From positions 32,001 through 96,000 of the forward strand of contig CAVVTZ010000011.1 of the NCBI GenBank assembly GCA_963751275.1: a DNA stretch of 64,000 bases, given 5' to 3'. The notes beneath the pieces were generated by a model. That model was given only the letters and a program-made list of their open reading frames with translations. It was not told the origin of the DNA and ran no database searches. Both the position numbers and the translations under genes were made by a program. This document shows positions 53,439-62,214 of this stretch, piece by piece. Within the stretch, counting starts at the first letter, position 1; the number at the start of each line of letters is the position of its first letter. The stretch comes from an uncultured Gemmatimonadaceae bacterium (lineage in GTDB: Bacteria; Gemmatimonadota; Gemmatimonadetes; Gemmatimonadales; Gemmatimonadaceae).

Positions 53439-54053
53439 ATGGCAATGACGAAGAAGGAATTCACCGCGAAGGACGTGCAGGACCTCCGCCAGCGCACTGG
53501 CGCGGGCATGATGGACGCCAAGAAGGCGCTCACCGAGATGGGCGGCGACATGGACAAGGCCGCCGACCATCTCCGCGCCAAGGGCATCGTGAAGGCCGAG
53601 AAGCGCGCGGGCCGCACCGCGAGCGAGGGCTCGATCGGCCACTACATCCATCACAACGGCAAGGTCGGCGTGATGGTGGAAGTGAACTGCGAGACGGACT
53701 TCGTCGCGCGCACCGATGAGTTCAAGCAGCTGGTGAAGGACCTTGCGATGCACATCGCCAGCGCGGCGCCGATCGCGGTGGACAAGGACGGCGTGTCGGC
53801 CGATCTCGTCGCGCACGAGCGGAAGGTGTACGAGCAGCAGGCGCGGGAGAGCGGCAAGCCCGAGAATCTCCTCGAGAAGATCGTGGAGGGAATGCTCGAC
53901 AAGGGGTTCTACCAAGAAGTCGTGCTCATGTCGCAAAAATGGATCCGCGAGCCGAAGAAGACGATCGGCGACCTCGTGAAGGAGACGTCGGCCAAGCTCG
54001 GCGAGAACGTCGTCGTGAAGCGGTTCGTGCGCTACCAGATGGGCCAGGAGTGA
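53439..54053 (+). CDS. tsf: Elongation factor Ts (short form)
   Basis: LRQRTGAGMMDAKKAL, EVNCETDFVAR. Confidence 0.96.
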   Translation: MAMTKKEFTAKDVQDLRQRTGAGMMDAKKALTEMGGDMDKAADHLRAKGIVKAEKRAGRTASEGSIGHYIHHNGKVGVMVEVNCETDFVARTDEFKQLVKDLAMHIASAAPIAVDKDGVSADLVAHERKVYEQQARESGKPENLLEKIVEGMLDKGFYQEVVLMSQKWIREPKKTIGDLVKETSAKLGENVVVKRFVRYQMGQE

Positions 54054-54781
54054 TCAAGAAGAAGCCGGCGCCGGCGCTGCGCTACCAGCGGGTGCTGCTC
54101 AAGCTGTCCGGGGAAGCGCTCGCCGGAGGGCGGGGCAATGGCTTCGACTTCGCCGTGCTCGACCGTCTCGCGAACGAGATCAAGCTCGTTCGCGAGATGG
54201 GCGTGCGCATCGGCCTCGTGATCGGCGGCGGCAACATCGTGCGCGGGCAATCGCTCTCGCAGATGGGCATGGACCGCGTGGGCGCCGACTACATGGGCAT
54301 GCTCGGCACGATCATCAACGCGCTCGCGCTGCAGGATGTGCTCGAGCGCAAAGGGGTCGAGACGCGCGTGATGACCTCGATCCGGATGGAGGAGATCGCC
54401 GAGCCGTACATCCGCCGGCGCGCACTGCGCCACTTCGAGAAGGGGCTCACGATCATCTTCGCCGGCGGCACCGGCAACCCGTACTTCTCCACCGACACCG
54501 CCGCCGCGCTGCGGGCCATCCAGATGAAGGCCGATGTGATCATCAAGGCCACGAGCGTGGACGGCGTGTATTCCGCCGACCCCAAGAAGGACAAGAAGGC
54601 GAAGCTCTTCGAGGAGATCACGTACCGCGATGTGATCCTGCAGCGGCTCGGCGTGATGGACCAGACGGCGATCACGCTCTGCGACGAGAACAAGCTGCCG
54701 CTGATCGTGCTCAACATTAAACAGGAGGGCGCGGTGGCCGGAGCGATCCGGGGCGACCGCGTCGGGACATTGGTGCGATGA
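54050..54781 (+). CDS. pyrH: UMP kinase
   Basis: LLKLSGEAL, GGGNI, GTGNPYFSTD. Confidence 0.97.
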   Translation: MIKKKPAPALRYQRVLLKLSGEALAGGRGNGFDFAVLDRLANEIKLVREMGVRIGLVIGGGNIVRGQSLSQMGMDRVGADYMGMLGTIINALALQDVLERKGVETRVMTSIRMEEIAEPYIRRRALRHFEKGLTIIFAGGTGNPYFSTDTAAALRAIQMKADVIIKATSVDGVYSADPKKDKKAKLFEEITYRDVILQRLGVMDQTAITLCDENKLPLIVLNIKQEGAVAGAIRGDRVGTLVR

Positions 54782-55332
54782 GCACGATACCGGAGATCCT
54801 CAAGGACTGTCGCGTCTCGATGGACAAGGGGCTCGAAAGCTCCAAACGCGAACTCGCCTCGATCCGCAGCGGTAAGGCCACCACGTCGCTGCTCGACACG
54901 GTGCGCGTGGACGCCTACGGCCAGATGCTGCCGATCTCCCAAGTGGCGAGCGTCGCCGCGCCCGAGCCGCGCCTGCTCGTGGTGACGCCCTGGGACAAGG
55001 GGCTCACGAGCGCGATCGAGAAGGGGATCCGCGAGTCACACCTCGGCCTGGACCCGGCCACGCAGGGCGGGATCATCCGGGTGCCGCTCCCTTCGCTCAA
55101 CGAGGAGCGCCGCAAGGACCTCGTGAAGGTGATCCACAAACTCGCCGAGGAAGGCCGCGTGGCGATCCGCCACGCGCGCACGAACGCCCGCGACGCGCTC
55201 AAGAAGCTCGAGAAGGTGGCCGAGGACGACAAGAAGCACGCCGAGAAGGACCTGCAGAAACTGCACGACGATCATATCGCCAAGATAGACGAGCTGGTGA
55301 AGACGAAAGAAGCGGAACTGATGGAAGTTTGA
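54778..55332 (+). CDS. frr: Ribosome recycling factor
   Basis: IRSGKA, LNEERRKDLVK, E(E)GRVAIR. Confidence 0.96.
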   Translation: MSTIPEILKDCRVSMDKGLESSKRELASIRSGKATTSLLDTVRVDAYGQMLPISQVASVAAPEPRLLVVTPWDKGLTSAIEKGIRESHLGLDPATQGGIIRVPLPSLNEERRKDLVKVIHKLAEEGRVAIRHARTNARDALKKLEKVAEDDKKHAEKDLQKLHDDHIAKIDELVKTKEAELMEV

Positions 55333-55345
55333 GCTAAGGCGGACA

Positions 55346-55422
55346 AGGGAAACGGGATACGGGAAACGGGAGTGAGTGGTCCGTAGAGACCACACGCTCC
55401 CGTTTCCCGTATCCCGTTTCCC
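55346..55422. repeat. Palindrome with (GGGAWAC)n heptamer arms
   Basis: GGGAAAC-GGGATAC-GGGAAAC-GGGAG, stem-loop, CTCCC-GTTTCCC-GTATCCC-GTTTCCC. Confidence 0.9.
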
Positions 55423-55483
55423 CTGTGGCAGTTGAAGCCGTTCGTTTGACTTCACCATAGCGCCCCGTCAAATTCAAAAAGCC

Positions 55484-56227
55484 ATGGAAATCGACGAATT
55501 GCTCTCGCGCATCAAGGTCAACGGCAGTATCCCCCGCCACGTCGCCATCATCATGGACGGGAATGGCCGCTGGGCGCGAGAGCGGAATCTGCCGCGCCCC
55601 CTCGGCCACCGGTCGGGGATGAAGGCGGTGCGCGAGGTGGTCGAAGGGTCGATCGAGGCGGGGCTCGAAGTGCTCTCGCTCTTCGCGTTCTCGCAGGAGA
55701 ATTGGCAGCGCCCCGCGATGGAGATCCAGGCGCTCATGTCGCTCCTGGAGGAGTACATCGCGCGCGAAGCGAGCGAGCTGGCGGAGCAGGGGGTGCGCGT
55801 GAAAGTGCTCGGCGACACCGCGCGGCTCACCCCCGCGGCGGGCGCGGCGGCCGCGACGCTCGTGGAGCGCACCGCGCACAACGACCGCCTCACGCTCAAT
55901 CTCTTCATCTCCTATGGCAGCCGCGCCGAGATCGTGCGCGCGGCGCAGCGGATTGCGGAGGATGTTCAGGCCGGCCGGATGCGCCCCGAGGATGTGGACG
56001 AAGAGGCGATCCGTTCGCGGCTGTACACGGCCGACTGCCCCGACCCCGATCTGCTCATTCGCACGTCCGGCGAGCAGCGCATCTCGAACTTCCTGCTCTG
56101 GCAGATGGCCTACGCGGAGCTGTTCATGTCGCCCGTGCTCTGGCCGAACTTCGGCCGCCGCGAGTTGTACGAGGCGATCCTCGATTTCCAGAATCGCGAC
56201 CGCCGGTTCGGGCGCGTCACGGCCTAG
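55484..56227 (+). CDS. uppS: Undecaprenyl diphosphate synthase
   Basis: IMDGNGRWA, FSQENW, IRTSGEQRISNFLLWQ. Confidence 0.97.
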   Translation: MEIDELLSRIKVNGSIPRHVAIIMDGNGRWARERNLPRPLGHRSGMKAVREVVEGSIEAGLEVLSLFAFSQENWQRPAMEIQALMSLLEEYIAREASELAEQGVRVKVLGDTARLTPAAGAAAATLVERTAHNDRLTLNLFISYGSRAEIVRAAQRIAEDVQAGRMRPEDVDEEAIRSRLYTADCPDPDLLIRTSGEQRISNFLLWQMAYAELFMSPVLWPNFGRRELYEAILDFQNRDRRFGRVTA

Positions 56228-57099
56228 TGGCGCTGTCGAATCTCGCGACGCGCGTGCTCTTCGCGGTCGTCGCGATCCCGGTGATCGGCGCCGCCATCTG
56301 GTTCGGCGGCGGCACGCTCGCGATCCTCATCGCGGTCGCGTCCGCGATTGCCGCGTGGGAGTTCTGCCGGCTCGCGACGGCCGCCGGGTACGCGCCCTTC
56401 ACCGGCGTGACGGTCAGCCTGTCCGGGCTCACGCCGCTGGCGCTCCACGGCTACCTCACCGGGAACTTCGCGCCGCCGGTGCTCTCGCTGGGCGCGATGA
56501 TCGTGCTGTTCTTCCTCGCGGCGTCGCTCTTCCGGCGCGCGCCGGGGCGCCGGCCGCTCGGCGCGGCCGCCGCGAGCGTCTTCGCCATCCTCTATACCGG
56601 CGGGATGCTCTCCTTCGCGTACGCGCTGCGCTATCACGACTACGCGATCGGCGCGCGCGCGGGCACCTCGCTCCTGTTCTATCCGCTCATCATCGCGTGG
56701 GCCACCGACACGGCGGCGTATTTCGCCGGCCGCGCCTTCGGGAAGCGGAAGCTGATGCCCACCGTGAGCCCCGCGAAGACCGTCGCCGGCGCCGTCGGCG
56801 GCATCGTCGCCGCGATGCTCGTGAGCTGGGGCTACATGCAGTGGGTGCTCGTGCCCAACGCGAGCCTCGCGATGATCCCATGGGTGGCGCTTGCGGCCGG
56901 TGCGGCGCTCTCCGTCGCGGCGCAAACGGGCGATCTCGCCGAGTCGCTGCTCAAGCGCGAGGCGGGCGTGAAGGACAGCTCACGCATCATCCCGGGGCAC
57001 GGCGGTGTACTCGACCGGCTCGACAGCCTGCTCTTCGTCATCCCCGCGGCGTATTTCCTGTTCACCTTCCCGCACGTGCTCCTTCCGGTGGTGCGATGA
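56227..57099 (+). CDS. cdsA: Phosphatidate cytidylyltransferase
   Basis: DTAAYFAG, SPAKT, GDLAESLLKR, PGHGGVLDRLDS. Confidence 0.95.
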   Translation: MALSNLATRVLFAVVAIPVIGAAIWFGGGTLAILIAVASAIAAWEFCRLATAAGYAPFTGVTVSLSGLTPLALHGYLTGNFAPPVLSLGAMIVLFFLAASLFRRAPGRRPLGAAAASVFAILYTGGMLSFAYALRYHDYAIGARAGTSLLFYPLIIAWATDTAAYFAGRAFGKRKLMPTVSPAKTVAGAVGGIVAAMLVSWGYMQWVLVPNASLAMIPWVALAAGAALSVAAQTGDLAESLLKREAGVKDSSRIIPGHGGVLDRLDSLLFVIPAAYFLFTFPHVLLPVVR

Positions 57100-58226
57100 C
57101 CACGCGCGGCGTCGCCATCCTCGGCTCCACCGGTTCCATTGGCACGACGGCGCTCCGCGTCCTCGCGCGCCATACCGACCGCTTCCACGTGGCGGCGCTC
57201 ACCGCGTTCTCCAACGCGACGCTGCTCGAGGAACAGGCGGCGATCTACCACCCCTCGTTCGTCGGCGTGGTGCGCAACGGCGCGGTGCACCCGGCCGGCT
57301 GGCGCGAGGGAACGGCGTGTCTCGTGGAGGCCGTGCAGCGCGACGACGTTGCGATCGTGCTCAACGCGATCGTCGGCGCCGCGGGGCTCGACGCGACGCT
57401 GGCCGCCGTGCGGGCGGGGAAGCGCGTGGCGCTCGCGAACAAGGAGACGCTCGTGGTCGCCGGCGAGCTGGTGGCCGAGGCGTGCCGGGCCGGCGGCGGC
57501 GAGATCGTGCCGGTGGACAGCGAGCACAGCGCGATCCTGCAGTGCATCGCGGGGCGGCCGGCCACCGACATCCGGCGGTTGCTGCTCACCGCGAGCGGCG
57601 GCCCCTTCCGCGACTGGTCGCGCGAGCGGCTCGAGCGCGCGACGGTGGCCGACGCGCTGCAGCACCCGACGTGGCGCATGGGCCGCAAGATCACGATCGA
57701 CAGCGCGACCCTCGCGAACAAGGCGCTCGAAGTGATCGAGGCGCATTTCCTGTTCGGGCTGCCCTACGACCGCATCGAGATCGTGGTGCATCCGCAGAGC
57801 GTGGTGCATTCGATGGTGGAGTTCGTGGATGGCAGCGTGCTGGCGCAGATGGGCGCGCCGAGCATGGAACTGCCGGTGCTCTACGCGCTCACGCACCCGA
57901 ACCGCGTGGCCGATACCGGCGTGCCGCCCTTCGACCCGGTGGAGTTGTCGCCGCTCACGTTCGAACGGGTCCGGGTGAGCGATTTCCCGGCGCTGCGGCT
58001 GGGCGTCGAGGCGGGGCGCGCCGGCGGTGCGCATCCGGCGATATTCAATGCAGCGAACGAGCAGGCGGTTGCGCTCTTCCTCGAAGGGCGCGCCACGTTC
58101 GGCGACATCCCGCGCGCGATCGCGCGGGCGCTCGAGACACTCAGCGGCTCTCCCGGCGGCTCGCGTGAAGCGCTGCTGGCGGCCGACCAGGAGGCGCGAC
58201 GCGTGGTGCGCGAGGTGTTCACGTGA
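57096..58226 (+). CDS. dxr: DXP reductoisomerase
   Basis: LGSTGSIG, LANKE, PVDSEH, TASGGPFR, MGRKITIDSA. Confidence 0.97.
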   Translation: MTTRGVAILGSTGSIGTTALRVLARHTDRFHVAALTAFSNATLLEEQAAIYHPSFVGVVRNGAVHPAGWREGTACLVEAVQRDDVAIVLNAIVGAAGLDATLAAVRAGKRVALANKETLVVAGELVAEACRAGGGEIVPVDSEHSAILQCIAGRPATDIRRLLLTASGGPFRDWSRERLERATVADALQHPTWRMGRKITIDSATLANKALEVIEAHFLFGLPYDRIEIVVHPQSVVHSMVEFVDGSVLAQMGAPSMELPVLYALTHPNRVADTGVPPFDPVELSPLTFERVRVSDFPALRLGVEAGRAGGAHPAIFNAANEQAVALFLEGRATFGDIPRAIARALETLSGSPGGSREALLAADQEARRVVREVFT

Positions 58227-59659
58227 CGGATGTGCTGCGTTCCGCCGGCGCGATCGCGCTGGTCTTCGGACTCGTCGTGTTCATCCACGAGCTCGGGCAT
58301 TTCATTGCCGCGAAGCTCATGGGGGTGTACGCGCCGCGCTTCTCGATCGGCTTCGGCTCCGCGCTCATCAGCCGCAAGTGGGGCGAAACGGAATACATGA
58401 TCGCCGCCGTTCCGCTCGGCGGCTACGTGCGCATGGCGTCGCGCGACGACGAGACGATGGCGTTCATCGAGGGTGGCGCCGAGCAGCCGGTGGCGGAAGG
58501 CGACGCGAAGAAGCCGCGCTTCTGGGATCCGAACGGAATGGCGCCGTTCGGGCCGCATCCCGTGCCGGCCGACCGGTGGTTCGAGTCGAAGAATTTCTTC
58601 GCGCGGTTCTTCATTCTCGTCGCCGGCGTGACGATGAACGTCGTTTTGGGGTTCGTGCTGTTCACGGGACTCGCGAAGGCCGAGGGCCGGCCGATCCTGC
58701 TCACGCACGTCGTGGGCGGCGTGAACGCCCCCGCGTCGATGCCGCAGCTGGCGGCGCTCCAGGCCGGCGACACCATCCTCGCGGTGGGCGCGCGTCCGGT
58801 GGCGAGCTGGAACGATTTCGCGGCGGCGGTGGAATCGCTGCCGGCCGACACGCTCGTCCTGCGCACGCAGCGCGGCACGATCGCGGTGCCGGTGGGCCCG
58901 CCGCTCGATTCGTCCCGCATCCTGCTGATCACCTCGATCGATTACTTCATTCCGCCGGTGATCGACGATGTCATGCCGGGCCAGCCGGCGCAGCGCTCCG
59001 GCCTCGATGGTGGTGACAGTATCGTCGCCGTGAACGGGCGGCCGGTGTTGTCGTGGCGTGAGGTGGTCACGCAGATCGAGGGTTCGCCGGGGAAAGAACT
59101 GCACATGGATGTGATCCGCGCCGGCAAACCGATCGCGCTGGTCATGCGTCCCGACAGCGTGAAGAAGCAGCGCGGCGTGCCGAAACGCGACACGGTGGTC
59201 GGTCAGATCGGCGCGCTCGCGCTCACGCCCACCAGCCAGACACCGCTCGATTGGGGCGGCGCGATCCAGCAGGGCGCGGCGCTCACGTGGAACGCGGGCG
59301 GTCTGGTGCTGCGGTCGCTGCGCCAGCTCGCCACTGGCGGCGCCTCGTTCAAGGAGCTCGGCGGCCCGATCGCGATCGGCGGCGCGGCCGCGCACGCCGC
59401 GAAGCGCGGCTGGGCGGACCTCATCACGCTGCTCGGGCTCCTGAGCATCAATCTCGCGGTGTTCAATCTGCTGCCGGTGCCGCTGCTCGACGGCGGCCAG
59501 ATCGTGGTGCTCGTCGCCGAGCAGGTGAAGGGCGGCGCGCTGAGCCTGCGCACGAAGGAGTACCTGATGCGCGCGGGACTCGCGTTCATTCTCCTGCTGC
59601 TGGCAGTCGTGATGTTCAACGATATCCCGCGCCTCTTCCGGATGTTCATGAAACAATGA
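58223..59659 (+). CDS. rseP: RIP metalloprotease RseP
   Basis: HELGH, two PDZ domains, NLLPVPLLDGG. Confidence 0.95.
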   Translation: MTDVLRSAGAIALVFGLVVFIHELGHFIAAKLMGVYAPRFSIGFGSALISRKWGETEYMIAAVPLGGYVRMASRDDETMAFIEGGAEQPVAEGDAKKPRFWDPNGMAPFGPHPVPADRWFESKNFFARFFILVAGVTMNVVLGFVLFTGLAKAEGRPILLTHVVGGVNAPASMPQLAALQAGDTILAVGARPVASWNDFAAAVESLPADTLVLRTQRGTIAVPVGPPLDSSRILLITSIDYFIPPVIDDVMPGQPAQRSGLDGGDSIVAVNGRPVLSWREVVTQIEGSPGKELHMDVIRAGKPIALVMRPDSVKKQRGVPKRDTVVGQIGALALTPTSQTPLDWGGAIQQGAALTWNAGGLVLRSLRQLATGGASFKELGGPIAIGGAAAHAAKRGWADLITLLGLLSINLAVFNLLPVPLLDGGQIVVLVAEQVKGGALSLRTKEYLMRAGLAFILLLLAVVMFNDIPRLFRMFMKQ

Positions 59660-60051
59660 CGCGACGACTCCTGTTCCTGCTCGCCGCGGCGGCGGCCGCG
59701 ACCGCCGCGCTGCCGCATGCCGCGGCCGCGCAGCAGGGTGCGTACCGTTTCGAGATCACCGCGGTGGGCGACAGCACGATCAGCTTCCGCGTGGGCGACG
59801 CGTCGTGGGTGAAGCCGGGAATGACGGGGATCGCGGTGGACCCGACGCACCACGATGCCCTCATCGCGCGCATCGCGGTGCTGCGCGTGAGCGGCTCGCT
59901 CGCCACCGCGGTGGTGACGGGACAAACGGCGCGGCTCACCACCGACTATATGGCGCTGCTGGAGGCGCCATCGAAGCACTGGTACCAGCAGCCGGCCACG
60001 TGGATCGCGGCGGGGGCGGGGATCATACTGGGCGTGGTGATCGCGCACTGA
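59656..60051 (+). CDS. Hypothetical exported or membrane-anchored protein
   Basis: Signal peptide, beta-rich core, C-terminal TM segment; ATGA overlap with rseP. Confidence 0.65.
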   Translation: MTRRLLFLLAAAAAATAALPHAAAAQQGAYRFEITAVGDSTISFRVGDASWVKPGMTGIAVDPTHHDALIARIAVLRVSGSLATAVVTGQTARLTTDYMALLEAPSKHWYQQPATWIAAGAGIILGVVIAH

Positions 60052-60065
60052 CTACAACCGCTCAC

Positions 60066-60212
60066 GGCAACTGCCGGGAACCGATTGCCGGGAACCGATG
60101 AAGCATGACAATGCATGGTGTTACGACATCGCGCGGTCGTGATGTTGTAACACCATGCGTGGCCATGCCACACCGGTTCCCGGCAATCGGCTCCCGGTAG
60201 TCGCGGTAGCAG
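60066..60212. repeat. Palindrome with 14-nt (2x7) repeat arms between convergent genes
   Basis: TGCCGGGAACCGAT x2, inner stem GCATGGTGTTACGACATC/GATGTTGTAACACCATGC, inverted arm. Confidence 0.85.
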
Positions 60213-61769
60213 TTACTTACAGATGAGCCTGACCCGCTCCCGTCTCGTCGTCCCGACCGCAATCGTCGCCGTTCCCCGGAACTCCGCGCAGTACGGCGCC
60301 GTCACGTGCAGCGTGTATCTCCCCACCGGGATCACGAGCGGTTTGAGCTTGCCGACTACGCCATGCGCGAGAACATTGCCATTCGCGCCGGCGAGCATGA
60401 AGTTCGCCGTCGCCGGCAGCGCATCGAGCGAGAAGTACCCGCACTGCTTCGGCGAGACGGATACCGTCGTCGTGCCGCTCGCTGCGACCGTGGTCTTCAG
60501 CTCCTGGCGCGCCGACGCACAGCCGGGGAGCGCGTGCACTGAGGCGGCGATCACGTGCGGGCCCGGCGCCACCGAGTCGCTCTTCCAGCTGCCGCTGCCG
60601 ACCACGGCGCCATCGAGCGTCACCTCCGCACCCGCAGGCGCGCGCACGCGCAGCAGGTGGGCGCCGGACTTGCCGACGGGCGCCGGCGCGGAATCCGACG
60701 CGCTCATCGCGGGCACGCTCACGGTCACCGGGGGCAGGGTGTCGCCCGCCGCGGCGGCAGTGGCCGGCGCGCCGTTGCGCAGCGCATTCACCACGAGTGC
60801 GCCCACGCCGATCACCGCGGCCACGCCCATCGCGATCGCGCCGCGCCGGTAGCTGCGCCAGCGCTTCTTGTTGTGCGTGGTGTCGAACGCGGCGCTGTTG
60901 TCGAGGTCGCCCAGCGAGGCGAGCTGCGCCACCGGCGTGCTCGCGCGGCCGAGCAGCTGCACGAGTTCGGTGCGCAGCGCGTCGCCGGTGGGATACCGGT
61001 CGTCCGGGTTCTTCTGCAGGCACTTGAGGATGATGCGCTCGATCTCATCGGACAACGCGGGATTGAACTCGCGCGGACGCGGCGGCTTGTCCTCCACGTG
61101 CTGGCGCGCGATCTCGTACCAGTCGTCCCCGCGAAAGGGGAGCACGCCGGCGCTCGCGCGGAAGAGCGTCACGCCCAGCGAGTAGATGTCGGCGCGGCCA
61201 TCGAGCGTCTGGCCGCGCGCCTGTTCCGGGGAGAAGTACTGAGGCGTCCCCACCACCATGTTCGTGCCGGTCTGTTCGACATAGTTGCTCACGGCGCGCG
61301 CGATGCCGAAGTCGGCCACGATCGCGTTGCCGTGCTCGTCGAACATGATATTGTCGGTCTTGATGTCGCGGTGGATCACTCCTTCGCGGTGCGCGAACGC
61401 GAGCGCCGCGGCCACGTCCATCCCCATGCGAATGAGCAGCGTCTCGGGCAGCGTGCCCAGCATTTGGAGCCGGCTGTCGAGCCCCGTGGGAAGGAAATCC
61501 ATGACGAAGAACACCGCCGTCCCCTCGCGCCCCACGGCCAGGATCCGGATGATGTTCGGGTGCCGGAGCTTGGCGGCGATCGACGCCTCGTGGCGGAAGC
61601 GCGTCTCGAAGGTCTCCTCGCCCGCGAACTGCGGCTTGAGGACCTTGATGGCCACGGGGATGTCGAGTTCGGGGTCGTACCCCTTGTAGACCCAGGCGAA
61701 GCCGCCGGACCCGACGATGGCATCGACCCGGAAGCGGCCCAGATGGCGTCCCAAGTAGCGATCAGGCAC
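60213..61769 (-). CDS. Hanks-type Ser/Thr protein kinase with TM segment and PEGA-like C-terminus
   Basis: GSGGFA, VAIK, HRDIKTDN, DFG, YFSPEQ. Confidence 0.92.
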   Translation of the reverse strand: MPDRYLGRHLGRFRVDAIVGSGGFAWVYKGYDPELDIPVAIKVLKPQFAGEETFETRFRHEASIAAKLRHPNIIRILAVGREGTAVFFVMDFLPTGLDSRLQMLGTLPETLLIRMGMDVAAALAFAHREGVIHRDIKTDNIMFDEHGNAIVADFGIARAVSNYVEQTGTNMVVGTPQYFSPEQARGQTLDGRADIYSLGVTLFRASAGVLPFRGDDWYEIARQHVEDKPPRPREFNPALSDEIERIILKCLQKNPDDRYPTGDALRTELVQLLGRASTPVAQLASLGDLDNSAAFDTTHNKKRWRSYRRGAIAMGVAAVIGVGALVVNALRNGAPATAAAAGDTLPPVTVSVPAMSASDSAPAPVGKSGAHLLRVRAPAGAEVTLDGAVVGSGSWKSDSVAPGPHVIAASVHALPGCASARQELKTTVAASGTTTVSVSPKQCGYFSLDALPATANFMLAGANGNVLAHGVVGKLKPLVIPVGRYTLHVTAPYCAEFRGTATIAVGTTRRERVRLICK

Positions 61770-61780
61770 GGAGGGGAGAC

Positions 61781-61809
61781 TTTACAGGGAAGGCCAAGGG
61801 GAGTAAATT
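61781..61809 (+). promoter_or_regulatory. Promoter of rpsO-pnp
   Basis: TTTACA-N17-TAAATT. Confidence 0.55.
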
Positions 61810-61872
61810 CCTATGCTACAACGGATTCGGCGCACAACGCGCAGTGGAAATACCGGCGGAGAAATTCGAGTT

Positions 61873-62133
61873 ATGGCGTTCGAAAAAGCAGCGCTCATCG
61901 AGAAGCATCGTACCCACGAGACGGACAGCGGCTCCACGAAACTGCAGGTCGCGCTTCTGACCGAGCGGATCAATTACCTGACGGAGCACTTCCGCGCCCA
62001 CAAGAAGGACAACCACGGCCGCCGCGGGCTGCTCAAGATGGTCGGCAAACGCCGCCGTCTTCTCGACTACATGAAGCGGACCGACGTGACGGGATACCGG
62101 AAGCTCATCGACGAGCTTGGTCTCCGCCACTAA
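61873..62133 (+). CDS. rpsO: 30S ribosomal protein S15
   Basis: [37 protein letters not shown]. Confidence 0.97.
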   Translation: MAFEKAALIEKHRTHETDSGSTKLQVALLTERINYLTEHFRAHKKDNHGRRGLLKMVGKRRRLLDYMKRTDVTGYRKLIDELGLRH

Positions 62134-62151
62134 TCCACCGGCCTTTAGGCC

Positions 62152-62188
62152 AGCGCGCGGGCGCACCATGCGGTCCCCGCGCGCTTTT
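62152..62188 (+). terminator. Terminator or processing hairpin between rpsO and pnp
   Basis: AGCGCGCGGG / CCCGCGCGCT followed by TTT. Confidence 0.6.
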
Positions 62189-62214
62189 GCACATTCCTGA
62201 GACGAGAACACGAA

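Noticed and set aside
60213..61769. Ser/Thr kinase as part of a defence or toxin system
   Set aside because: It is a stand-alone membrane kinase with no partner genes in the window.
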